Shown here: positions 8,873 to 18,115 of the stretch, piece by piece
How positions within the stretch are numbered: the first letter of the stretch is position 1
Layout: the number at the start of each line of letters is the position of its first letter
From: Promethearchaeota archaeon
Lineage (GTDB): Archaea > Asgardarchaeota > Lokiarchaeia > Sigyniarchaeales > SOKP01
Direction of reading: 5' to 3'
Assembly (NCBI GenBank): GCA_018238625.1
Contig: JABCSY010000061.1
Span: forward strand, 1-23,803
Length of the DNA stretch: 23,803 nt
Made by a program: the position numbers and the translations under genes
The notes under the pieces: generated by a model
What the model saw: only the letters and a program-made list of their open reading frames with translations
Told to the model about the DNA's origin: nothing
The model's database searches: none

Positions 8873-9301
8873 TTAATCTTCAAAATATTCTGCTCCTTCT
8901 TCCGTAGCTAGGCCAACAATTTCCCCATAAGCGATAGCATCTTGAAGGTTGCCTTCTATAGCTAGGTCCCCAGACATGTAGGCGCTAGTAGAATCTAATT
9001 CGCCAGAGGATAATCCGGCCCAAGTTGCTCCTGTTGCGGACATGGTAACGCTCGGGTCATCAGCATCTCCTTCGCCATAATCGATCTTTCCGTCTCCCAG
9101 TTTAACCCAATACTTATAATTAACGTCAGTCACTACGAGTTGAACCGCCATAGGATCGATATCTTCTAATTCTTCTTTTAAATCTTCGCTTTCATCGACC
9201 ATTTGCTTGACAAACTCGTACATTTTTAGAGCGTCAGAAGGTTGGCTTGAGCCTTTTGCTCTCATTTCTTTTAATTCTTTTATTAAATTCTCATCAACCA
9301 T
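8873..9301 (-). CDS. SCP2 sterol-carrier/lipid-transfer domain protein
   Basis: C-terminal DPSVTMSA...LSSGELDSTSAYMSGDLAIEGNL matches the SCP2 signature (GxLxxxxAFMxGKLKIxGD). Short helical N-terminal extension; very acidic. Confidence 0.85.
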   Translation of the reverse strand: MVDENLIKELKEMRAKGSSQPSDALKMYEFVKQMVDESEDLKEELEDIDPMAVQLVVTDVNYKYWVKLGDGKIDYGEGDADDPSVTMSATGATWAGLSSGELDSTSAYMSGDLAIEGNLQDAIAYGEIVGLATEEGAEYFED

Positions 9302-9515
9302 TTTAAATTTCTACCTTTTTTTTTTTTATTAAGGTTACAGTTATAGATTACGATATAAGTTTATTTAAAGTTTTATTTTTTGAGATTGTACAGAGGTAAA
9401 ATATATCTATAAAAATTTTTAATTTAGAATTTAATTTACATCAATTCCATCTAAAACTTTTTAATTTTGAGCAAACTTAATAAAATAATATTAAATCTAT
9501 CTCTTCGTTTTAAAC

Positions 9516-10772
9516 ATGCTAAAAGTAGGTATAATTGGTTGTGGTGACATCGCAAACTTAAACGTGTTAGGATATATTCGCTCTCAAGACGCGGAACTCG
9601 TTGCTGTGTGTGATACTGATTTAAAAATTGCTGGTAAAAAGTTAGAAAGATGGGGTTTACGGACCGTTAAAATCTATACTGATTATAAAAAGATGATTGA
9701 TCGCGAAGATCTTGATATCGTAGAAATTTTAACTCCACATCATCTTCACGCTCCAATGACAACATATTGTGCTAAAGCGGGAGTTCCAGGAATTTCGGTA
9801 CAAAAGCCAATGGCTCATACGATAACAGATTGTGAAAACATGATTCGTGTTTGTAACGATGAAAATGTAAAACTTAAAATATTTGAAAACTTTAGGTTTT
9901 ATCCAGTTTATTTAAGAGCAAAAGAGCTGCTAGATCAAGGAATAATAGGAGAATGTTTAAATTTCAGAATAAACACCATTGCCATGGGAGGTCCAGGTAT
10001 GCCAGTAGATATGAAAGCTCTTCTTTGGCGTCGTAATATTGATAAATGCGGAGGGGGTTCATGGATATATGACGATGGAATTCATAAATTCTCAATGGCG
10101 CTATGGTTAATGGATCAAGAGAAAGTCGATGAATTATACGGCTGGATCGATTATTTTTCGACGGTGATGGATTCACCAAGTCTCATTTTTTGGAAATACC
10201 CTAAAAAAGAATTAGATGATCCCCCTAAATACGGTTCAATGCAGTTTACTCTTGCTCCTAATGTTTATTATCCAAGTAATTATTACGATTGTGACGAATT
10301 CATTGAAATCTCTGGAACGAAAGGTATGATATGGTTAAACCAGTGTACTAGTGGTGGAAATCTGATATCTAAAACGCCTCAATATCCACCTATTGTTGTG
10401 TATAGTGGTGGTGAAGTCAAAACTTATGGAGAAGAATTACCACGGGATTGGAGATATTCTTTTATTAATTCTACTGAACATTTTATTCGTGCTATACAAG
10501 AGAAGAGCGACCCGATTTATACTGGCGAACAAGGGAGGGATTTAAGCATTTTTGCTAAAATGCCTTTTATATCGAATCAACAGAAAAGGATTGTAAGGTG
10601 GGACGAAATTACTCCAGAAAATGAGCAAAATGATTCTTGTACCGTGAAGGAGCTTGTGAAAGTTGATGGAGGTACATTTAGAAAATATCTTAAAAATATT
10701 AGAATGGATTTAAAAAAAGGGATTCAAGAAGGATTAGAGCATAAAGAATTTAAGTATCAATATGAACTTTAA
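9516..10772 (+). CDS. Gfo/Idh/MocA family NAD(P)-dependent oxidoreductase, paralog A
   Basis: VGIIGCG Rossmann motif, ILTPHHLH, VQKPMA (EKP variant) and GGGSWIYDDGIH (DxxxH catalytic motif). Confidence 0.9.
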   Translation: MLKVGIIGCGDIANLNVLGYIRSQDAELVAVCDTDLKIAGKKLERWGLRTVKIYTDYKKMIDREDLDIVEILTPHHLHAPMTTYCAKAGVPGISVQKPMAHTITDCENMIRVCNDENVKLKIFENFRFYPVYLRAKELLDQGIIGECLNFRINTIAMGGPGMPVDMKALLWRRNIDKCGGGSWIYDDGIHKFSMALWLMDQEKVDELYGWIDYFSTVMDSPSLIFWKYPKKELDDPPKYGSMQFTLAPNVYYPSNYYDCDEFIEISGTKGMIWLNQCTSGGNLISKTPQYPPIVVYSGGEVKTYGEELPRDWRYSFINSTEHFIRAIQEKSDPIYTGEQGRDLSIFAKMPFISNQQKRIVRWDEITPENEQNDSCTVKELVKVDGGTFRKYLKNIRMDLKKGIQEGLEHKEFKYQYEL

Positions 10773-10778
10773 TTTATT

Positions 10779-11885
10779 TTAAGGGAATTCTTTCAATGAT
10801 ACTTCTCTGCCCAATTCAGAGGATCTTATAGCAGCTAAATTAAATCTTAAATTGGATTTGGCTTGTTCACCAGATAATATTGGTTTTTTGTTTCCTTTAA
10901 CAACCTCTATAAAATGTTTCGTAGCATTAATAAAGCTTTGTTTCCAGTCATTTTCAAATTCGTTATAAGTTTCCACTTTACCATCGCGAATTATAACAAT
11001 AGGAGCAAAAATGGCTGAATTTGACATAGGGTTTCCAATAGAAGTCCCTTGATTTATTTTCATAATTCCTCTACTTGCGATAACTTCAACAAATTCATCA
11101 GTGGAATAATATTTTGAAGGAAGTTTCATCTCAGGCATTAAAGAAAATTCCATATGGCCGTATTGTGGAACAAGGTGTTCTCTGCTTTGCATATATTTGA
11201 ACATTACGTATGCTGGAGCATCTAAACCTTTAAAATTGTCAGTCCACGCAAAAACTTTTTCGATATCTTCGTCAAAGAACCACCTTGCTAAAGCAAACGC
11301 ATGCCACCCGTTGTCAAGTAGAACTGGGGAGCCCATTTTAGCGCCACCTATCATTTTTGGATCTTCTCTCCATTTGTTTGCACTACTTGGCGTGTTCCAA
11401 CCGCCTGTACCGCCCATCGCAATTTTTATTCGAATTGACGATGGATCTCCAATATAATCTAAATCGATTAATTCTTTGGCTTTTAATACGTGAGGGGTAA
11501 ATAAGAAATTCTCGTATATCGAAAGAATTGATCCCGAATCTTTACAAGCTTTAATCATTTTGTCTGCTTCAGTTAGCGTTAAAGCCATTGGTTTTTGGAC
11601 AGAGATTGCTTTCACTCCTTTCCCAGCAGCGTAGATCGTTACTTCAGCGTGTAGGTGATGAGGTAGGAGGATTTCAACAATATCCAATTCCTCTTTATCC
11701 AACATTTCTTTATAATCAGAATATATTCTGATGTTTTTATCTAAATCGAACTGTTTGATTTTCCTTTTTGCTTTTTCTGAAGTTCTATTGCACAGGCATG
11801 TTATCTTTGCGTCTTTATTATTTAAATATCCTAATACATTAAGATCAAAAATAACGCCAGTACCAATTATCCCTACTTTCAGCAT
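10779..11885 (-). CDS. Gfo/Idh/MocA family NAD(P)-dependent oxidoreductase, paralog B
   Basis: VGIIGTG, ILLPHHLH, VQKPMA and LLDNGWH motifs. Confidence 0.9.
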   Translation of the reverse strand: MLKVGIIGTGVIFDLNVLGYLNNKDAKITCLCNRTSEKAKRKIKQFDLDKNIRIYSDYKEMLDKEELDIVEILLPHHLHAEVTIYAAGKGVKAISVQKPMALTLTEADKMIKACKDSGSILSIYENFLFTPHVLKAKELIDLDYIGDPSSIRIKIAMGGTGGWNTPSSANKWREDPKMIGGAKMGSPVLLDNGWHAFALARWFFDEDIEKVFAWTDNFKGLDAPAYVMFKYMQSREHLVPQYGHMEFSLMPEMKLPSKYYSTDEFVEVIASRGIMKINQGTSIGNPMSNSAIFAPIVIIRDGKVETYNEFENDWKQSFINATKHFIEVVKGNKKPILSGEQAKSNLRFNLAAIRSSELGREVSLKEFP

Positions 11886-12044
11886 GACAATTAGTAAAAG
11901 ATTTAATTTAATATATATAACTCTATTTCTGAAAATGTTCTAAATTACTATTAAACAAAAATTTTTAAAAAATAATTGGTTTTCGGATAATATCTAGAAG
12001 GAACGTTAAATTTAAATTATAAATAAGTCGTAGTAGAACCTAAT

Positions 12045-13712
12045 ATGCCAGCAGAAAAAGAAGATTTAGATCCTTTGAAAGCTTATTCCAGAGCTTTATT
12101 TCGTGGTTGTGGCTATTCTTATAAAGACCTAGCAAAACCGCGTATAGCAATCGTTAATTCATGGAACGAGATTAATCCTGGACACATCCATTTAAATAAG
12201 TTGAGTAGTTATGTCAAAGAAGGCGTAAGAGAAGCAGGGGGCACCCCAATGGAATTCAATACAATTGCTACATGCGATGGTATTGCCAATTCAGGCAATT
12301 ATTCAAAATTTGTCTTACCTTCGAGAGAAATAATAGCAGCGTCAATTGAAAGTACAATAAAAGCCTATAAATTTGATGGAATGGTAATGTTATGTTCGTG
12401 CGATAAAATTATTCCGGGTATGCTCTTAGCAGCAGCTAGATGTGATATCCCTACAGCATTTTTAACTGGAGGTATTATGAAACCAAAATATTTCAATGAC
12501 GGCCCGTTAAAAGGAAAAACTTTTGTAACTTCTGATATCAAAGAAGCAATTGGTAGATTTAAAGCAGGAAAAATTAGTAAGGAAGAATTTTTTCTTATTG
12601 AATCGGAGACTTGTTGTTCTCCAGGAGCTTGTAATATGATGGGTACAGCAAATACAATGGCTTGTATCGTTGAAGTAATGGGGCTTTCGTTGCCTGATTG
12701 TGCTACTACAAGCGCATTAGGAAAAGAACGCGAAGAATTGAGTAAAGAAACGGGAAAAACCATAATGAATTTGGTAGAAACGAATATTACCGCTCTAGAT
12801 TTGATCACACATAAATCGATAGAAAACGCGTGCAAAGTTGCTTTATCTTTTGGAGGGTCCACTAACATGATTCTTCATATGTGTGCGTTATCTCACGAAA
12901 TTGGCGGTGCTTTAAACCATTTTGACTTCGATAGATTAAGTAAATCTGTTCCGTTATTGGCTAAATTCAAACCGGCTTCTGAATATAACCTCACAGAGTT
13001 TCACGAAGCGGGGAGCGTTAAAGTTCTTACCAAGAAATTGTCCAAGCTTTTAGATTTATCGACAGTGAATATTTTAGGAGAGTCGTTAGAAACATATCTT
13101 GAAAAAGTTAAAGTATTAGAACATCAGTTAATACGCGACCTAAACGATCCGATTTCAAATGAAGGAGGTATTGCGGTATTAAAAGGAACCTTAGCTCCAG
13201 AAGGAGCGATCGTGAAGCAGAGTGCAGTTGACTATCAAATGAGACGTCATAAAGGACCTGCTAAAGTGTTTGAAGCGGAAGAAGAATTAAAAGACGCTTT
13301 GATGAGTGATAAAATTAAAGAAGGGGATGTTTTAGTCGTTAGATACGAAGGTCCTAAAGGGGGTCCCGGTATGAGGGAATTATCTATCCCCGCAGCCGTT
13401 CTAATAGGTATGGGGCTAGGGGATTCTGTAGCAATGATAACTGATGGAAGGTACTCAGGCGCAACAAGAGGTCCTTTCATAGGACACGTTTGTCCCGAAG
13501 CATTTGAAGGGGGACCAATCTCAATAGTACAAGATGGAGATATAATTGAAATAGATTTAGAAAATCGTCTATTGAACTTAATAGTTTCAGAAGAAGAAAT
13601 TAAAAATAGATTAAAAAATTGGAAAAAACCCGAACCTAAGGTAAAGAAAGGTTATTTAAATGTATACAGAAAAATTGTAAGTTCTGCAAAATACGGGGCT
13701 TATTTAGATTAA
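12045..13712 (+). CDS. ilvD: Dihydroxy-acid dehydratase (IlvD/Edd family, Fe-S)
   Basis: [57 protein letters not shown] and [11 protein letters not shown]. Substrate (branched-chain versus sugar acid) cannot be determined from sequence. Confidence 0.9.
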   Translation: MPAEKEDLDPLKAYSRALFRGCGYSYKDLAKPRIAIVNSWNEINPGHIHLNKLSSYVKEGVREAGGTPMEFNTIATCDGIANSGNYSKFVLPSREIIAASIESTIKAYKFDGMVMLCSCDKIIPGMLLAAARCDIPTAFLTGGIMKPKYFNDGPLKGKTFVTSDIKEAIGRFKAGKISKEEFFLIESETCCSPGACNMMGTANTMACIVEVMGLSLPDCATTSALGKEREELSKETGKTIMNLVETNITALDLITHKSIENACKVALSFGGSTNMILHMCALSHEIGGALNHFDFDRLSKSVPLLAKFKPASEYNLTEFHEAGSVKVLTKKLSKLLDLSTVNILGESLETYLEKVKVLEHQLIRDLNDPISNEGGIAVLKGTLAPEGAIVKQSAVDYQMRRHKGPAKVFEAEEELKDALMSDKIKEGDVLVVRYEGPKGGPGMRELSIPAAVLIGMGLGDSVAMITDGRYSGATRGPFIGHVCPEAFEGGPISIVQDGDIIEIDLENRLLNLIVSEEEIKNRLKNWKKPEPKVKKGYLNVYRKIVSSAKYGAYLD

Positions 13713-13717
13713 ATAAA

Positions 13718-14911
13718 TTGATAGAAATTAAAATGATAGACGAAAATCGCATAAAAGAAAATTTAGAATCGTTTTCCTTTCCAAGATTATCGGGTACGGA
13801 CGACGAAAGAAAGGCTTTTAATTTAGCATTTAAGAAACTAGAAAAATTAAATTTTAACCCATTAAGTCAAGAGTTCGAATTTAGTACTTTTTATGCAAGA
13901 ATATACCCTAAAATTGTGGTTTTATCGGGATTTGCGCTTCTATTAATGTTGTTTTTAAACTTTATAACAATTATTATTCCAATTTCTTCAATACTTATTT
14001 TATTGTTATGGGGCTTTTTATTTACAATTACAAGAAAACCGGAACGCATAAAAATAGGAAAGAAGTTAAATTCAGCAAACCTTTACATAAAACTTGATTT
14101 AATACCCAAGAATGAAAAGTCAGAAATTAACAAAATCGATTGTAACGGCGAAAAAGACATTCTATTTTTTTGCCATTTAGACTCAAAGGGGCAATGGTTT
14201 TCAATTCTTGTAAGAATAAGAGTTGCAAGAGCTTGGGTTTTCTCATCCCTTACAATAATTATTATAATAGTTTGCAAGAACTATATTTTCATGTCATATT
14301 CATTATTGCTATACATCATCGGAGCATTTCCAATGGTAATTAACTTAATATCCACAATTTTTATCCTATTAAACGCCACAAATAACAAATCTAAAGGAGC
14401 TATTGATAACGCTTCTGGAATTGCGTGCGTACTTGAATTGTTAAATTACTACTCAAATCCAGAATTTAGGTTAAATCATTACAATTTATGGTTCGTGTTT
14501 ACGGGCGCGGAGGAATGTGGAACTATGGGAATCCGAAATTTCTGTTATAAATTAGAACACATTAACAAAAGAGAATCCATAATTTTCAATTTTGACGCGA
14601 TCGCTAAAAATTTATATTTATTTCCCAGTAAAAATATGTCAGGAAACATTAAATCCATTTACAATGCGTTTTTAAATAATAATAAGGGTTTGGAAATTAA
14701 AAGAAATCCTAAGAAAATATATTTCGGCTCTCATTCGGATGGATATTATTTAAAAAAGAATAAGTTTGAGGGGATAGGAATTGGCGACCTGGAATCGTGT
14801 AAATATCTTCATTCAATTCGCGATACCGTAGACAAAGTAGACAGTTCTTTGTTAAAAAATTTATGTGAGATGATCATCGATAACTTAATAGTATTTGATA
14901 GCCAAACTTAA
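13718..14911 (+). CDS. Membrane-embedded M28 family zinc metallopeptidase; likely start is ATG at 13733
   Basis: FPRLSGT, HLDS, GAIDNASG, FTGAEECG, NFD, SD and HSIRDT M28 motifs, with two hydrophobic helix pairs inserted in the domain. Confidence 0.82.
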   Translation: MIEIKMIDENRIKENLESFSFPRLSGTDDERKAFNLAFKKLEKLNFNPLSQEFEFSTFYARIYPKIVVLSGFALLLMLFLNFITIIIPISSILILLLWGFLFTITRKPERIKIGKKLNSANLYIKLDLIPKNEKSEINKIDCNGEKDILFFCHLDSKGQWFSILVRIRVARAWVFSSLTIIIIIVCKNYIFMSYSLLLYIIGAFPMVINLISTIFILLNATNNKSKGAIDNASGIACVLELLNYYSNPEFRLNHYNLWFVFTGAEECGTMGIRNFCYKLEHINKRESIIFNFDAIAKNLYLFPSKNMSGNIKSIYNAFLNNNKGLEIKRNPKKIYFGSHSDGYYLKKNKFEGIGIGDLESCKYLHSIRDTVDKVDSSLLKNLCEMIIDNLIVFDSQT

Positions 14912-14935
14912 TTTAGATATTAAATTTTAAAGTGT

Positions 14936-16480
14936 TTGACAATAATGGACTCGAGCAAAAAGGATTTAGGAGCGGTCTTAACTCCTTCAGGGACTTCCGA
15001 TTTTATCGTATCTAAATTAGGTAAAATTAAAAGTAATCAAAAAGTTTTAGATCCGTGCGTAGGTCCCGGAGCTTTTGTTAAATCGTTATTGAAAGCTGGA
15101 ATTAAAAAAACACAGATTTCTGCTTATGACGTGAATCTTGCTTATAAAACAGATATTGAAGAATTAGGTGTATCCTTTAAAGCAGTAGATACATTAATAT
15201 CGTTTGATTCGGATTGCTATGACGAGTTCGATTTTATTGTTGGAAACCCTCCTTACTTAAATAAGGCAAGTAGTTACGTGAGAGAAAATAGGGTAAAGTT
15301 AAAAAAGATATATGGAAAAACCAACGCTCACGAAACTTATTCAATGTTTATAGTGAATAGTATATGGCGTTTGAAGGAGGGAGGAAAATTAGGTTTTATC
15401 ACGAGCGATACTTTCTTAACTTTAAGCACTCATAAAAAATTAAGAGAATTCATTCTTAATAATTGTATAATAAACGAAATATTACTCGCACCAACTAATT
15501 TATTTGATAAACAGAAAGTTAGCACATATCCAGCAATAATCATTTTAACTAAGTGTTCCGGAGATAGCAATAGGCAAGTTCGGAATAATAATTTAATGAG
15601 TATAATTTCGAGGATAAAAAATGAAGACGAATATTGGAAACCACAAGTTGTAAACGAAATCAAGCAGAGAAGATATAAATCTTTACCTTTTAGCATATTT
15701 TTTTTTGATGTAGAGGACCAAATAATTGATTTGTTTGAAAACGCTCCTAAACTAGATAATTTTATTAAAGGGTACATTGGAATGCACACTCATGACAATA
15801 AGAAATACATTGCTGCGATTGAAAGTACGGAACTAGCAGACATTTTCAGAAAGAAAAACAATACGAAAATTAAGCAAAATGAGAATTTCAAAATTGTTTT
15901 AAGAAGCGATTTAAAAACAGAGAAATGGAAACCTTATCTAAAAAGAGGTGGAGGAGATCAATACTATAGACCTATTATGGAAGCTTTAGAGTGGAACGAA
16001 AAAGCGATCTCTGTTTACGACATTCCAAGTACAGCGCCTTTTGAAAAAGAAGGAGTCGTTATTAGCGGTATTAGCTCAAAGTTAGCCGCCCGTTATATGC
16101 CAAAAGGTTGTTATTGGGACTCGAATAAAGCAATTGGTTTTATCGCTAAGGACAAATCGATTTCTATTGAATATTTCTTGGGACTATTGAATAGTTCTCT
16201 ATATAATTATCTGTCTAAAGGAATAATAAACAATACCAACAGCATTCAAATATCTGGGATTCATTCTTTGCCTTTTATTAAACCCAACAAAAAAACGCAA
16301 GAAGATATTGAAGTATTGGTTAAACAAATAATTGAAAATAAGAAAAAAAGCTTAGGTTACGACTATACGCGTGAACAGAAATCAATTGATGACATAATTT
16401 TTAATTTTTACGCTGTAAGATTTAATTTTTCATCAAAACTAAAAAAAAAATTAGAAGAAAATTACTCGATTTATAAATAA
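14936..16480 (+). CDS. N6-adenine DNA methyltransferase, gamma class (TaqI/Eco57I-like), with C-terminal target recognition domain; apparently orphan
   Basis: Motif X (GAVLTP), motif I (VLDPCVGPGAF), motif IV (IVGNPPY), LKEGGKLGFIT and a TaqI_C-like YFLGLLNSSL segment. No nuclease domain is evident. Confidence 0.85.
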   Translation: MTIMDSSKKDLGAVLTPSGTSDFIVSKLGKIKSNQKVLDPCVGPGAFVKSLLKAGIKKTQISAYDVNLAYKTDIEELGVSFKAVDTLISFDSDCYDEFDFIVGNPPYLNKASSYVRENRVKLKKIYGKTNAHETYSMFIVNSIWRLKEGGKLGFITSDTFLTLSTHKKLREFILNNCIINEILLAPTNLFDKQKVSTYPAIIILTKCSGDSNRQVRNNNLMSIISRIKNEDEYWKPQVVNEIKQRRYKSLPFSIFFFDVEDQIIDLFENAPKLDNFIKGYIGMHTHDNKKYIAAIESTELADIFRKKNNTKIKQNENFKIVLRSDLKTEKWKPYLKRGGGDQYYRPIMEALEWNEKAISVYDIPSTAPFEKEGVVISGISSKLAARYMPKGCYWDSNKAIGFIAKDKSISIEYFLGLLNSSLYNYLSKGIINNTNSIQISGIHSLPFIKPNKKTQEDIEVLVKQIIENKKKSLGYDYTREQKSIDDIIFNFYAVRFNFSSKLKKKLEENYSIYK

Positions 16481-16481
16481 T

Positions 16482-17780
16482 TTATAACAGCAAATACTTA
16501 TCCAATTCCCATTTTACTTCTTTTCCATCGTTTTTAGCAAGTTTGTATTGCTTAATTTCTTCTCGTTTAATTTCTACATAAATATCTGCCAATTGTTTTC
16601 CAAGAATTTTTTTGATAAATTTACTGTTCTCGAACGCCTCTAAAGACTTTTGCAAACTCTGGGGTAATCTCTTAATTCCTAAGGTTTGACGCTTTTCCTT
16701 AGATATATTATCAATATTTTCTGTCACTGGTATGTTTGGTTCGATTTTATTTTTTATTCCATCTAAGCCAGAGGCAAGTAAAAGAGCAGTTCCAAGATAG
16801 ATGTTCATGGCCGCATCACCAGCGCGATATTCTACCCTAGCAGATTTTTCGTATCCTGGCACGCGAATTAAAGCAGTTCTATTACCTACCCCCCAAGACA
16901 CATAAACTGGCGCTTCGTGATTAGGAATAAGTCGCTTGTAAGAATTTGTGATAGGATTTAAAATGGCAGATATAGCGTCTACACGCTTTTGAATCCCCCC
17001 GATATAGTAGCGGAGGATGTCGCTGACACCTGTGTCAGCATCAGCAAATACATTCTTCCCATTATCAACTAAATATTGATGAATATGTAAACCACTTCCT
17101 GCCACTAACGGAAATGGTTTTGGCATGAATGTAGAAATTAGATTTTCACAATACGATTCGAATTGTACTATCTTTTTTGCTGTTTGGACATTATCAGCTT
17201 GACATAACGCATTGTTAGCTACAAATTCTACTTCGTGTTGACTCGGTCCAACTTCGTGGTGAATAGTTTTGAGCTCAATACCCATACTAATCATATCATC
17301 GGTTATCTTACGTCGCAATTCGTGAAATGAATCTTTAGGAGGCATATCCATGTAAGCACCAATATCAGTAAATTCTCGATCGTTTGATAGTAAATACCAT
17401 TCTAATTCTGGTCTCGTTAGAAATTCATAGCCCTTAGAATTTGCCTCACTTAAGATTCTCTTTAATATCCCTCTTGGGCATGTAGGATAAGCAATTCCTT
17501 TATTGTCGGTTATATCGCAAATAAATCTCCCCACCCTATGATTCCATGGAAGTATCGCAAACGTGTTTAAATCTGGCACGATTTTCATGTCGCTTTGCTC
17601 TGCTTTTAAAAAACCAAGACTAGACCCGTCAATACCAGCCCCCTCTTTCATATCTTCCCAGATTTTTGCTGGAAATTCAACACACTTAAATCCCCCTAAA
17701 ATCGTGGTAAATTGAAATTGTATGTAATCAATACTTTTTTCTTCAAATAATTCTAAAAAATCTTTCATAACAATTCTCAC
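16482..17780 (-). CDS. glnA: Glutamine synthetase type I (or GS-like gamma-glutamyl ligase); likely start is ATG at 17768
   Basis: DGSS, PELEW, HHEVGPSQHE, FMPKPF, GSGLHIH, NSYKRL, HEAP, NRTALIRVP and RVEYR motifs. Confidence 0.88.
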   Translation of the reverse strand: MRIVMKDFLELFEEKSIDYIQFQFTTILGGFKCVEFPAKIWEDMKEGAGIDGSSLGFLKAEQSDMKIVPDLNTFAILPWNHRVGRFICDITDNKGIAYPTCPRGILKRILSEANSKGYEFLTRPELEWYLLSNDREFTDIGAYMDMPPKDSFHELRRKITDDMISMGIELKTIHHEVGPSQHEVEFVANNALCQADNVQTAKKIVQFESYCENLISTFMPKPFPLVAGSGLHIHQYLVDNGKNVFADADTGVSDILRYYIGGIQKRVDAISAILNPITNSYKRLIPNHEAPVYVSWGVGNRTALIRVPGYEKSARVEYRAGDAAMNIYLGTALLLASGLDGIKNKIEPNIPVTENIDNISKEKRQTLGIKRLPQSLQKSLEAFENSKFIKKILGKQLADIYVEIKREEIKQYKLAKNDGKEVKWELDKYLLL

Positions 17781-17890
17781 TCAATATAATAATTGGTTAT
17801 TAAATTTCTTTTTTTTTTTATTTTTAAGAAAAAAAGTAAAATAAAAAGGTTGAATCATATCACATAATAATACAAGTTAGATGTGAAAAA

Positions 17891-18088
17891 ATGCCAATTA
17901 TTCATGTAAATATTTGGAAGGGCTTTGGAGATGAAAGGGTTAAAACTGTAATTCAAAACATAACCAAAGTCTTTGTTGACTTAGGCGTCCCCCAACACGC
18001 TGTAGAAGTAATTGTTCACGAAATCCCAAAGACTCATTGGGGAATTGGTGGAGAGCCTGCCTCTGAAAAATTCAAGGATCAACATTAA
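17891..18088 (+). CDS. 4-oxalocrotonate tautomerase superfamily protein
   Basis: 65 aa, Pro-1 after Met removal, beta-alpha-beta pattern and C-terminal HWGIGG motif. Confidence 0.85.
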   Translation: MPIIHVNIWKGFGDERVKTVIQNITKVFVDLGVPQHAVEVIVHEIPKTHWGIGGEPASEKFKDQH

Positions 18089-18115
18089 ACAAAGGTTATA
18101 TAATAATAGAAAAAT

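Noticed and set aside
14936-16480. Complete restriction-modification, type IIG or BREX (PglX) defence system
   Set aside because: At 514 aa the protein starts directly at the MTase motifs with no nuclease domain, and no partner defence genes flank it.
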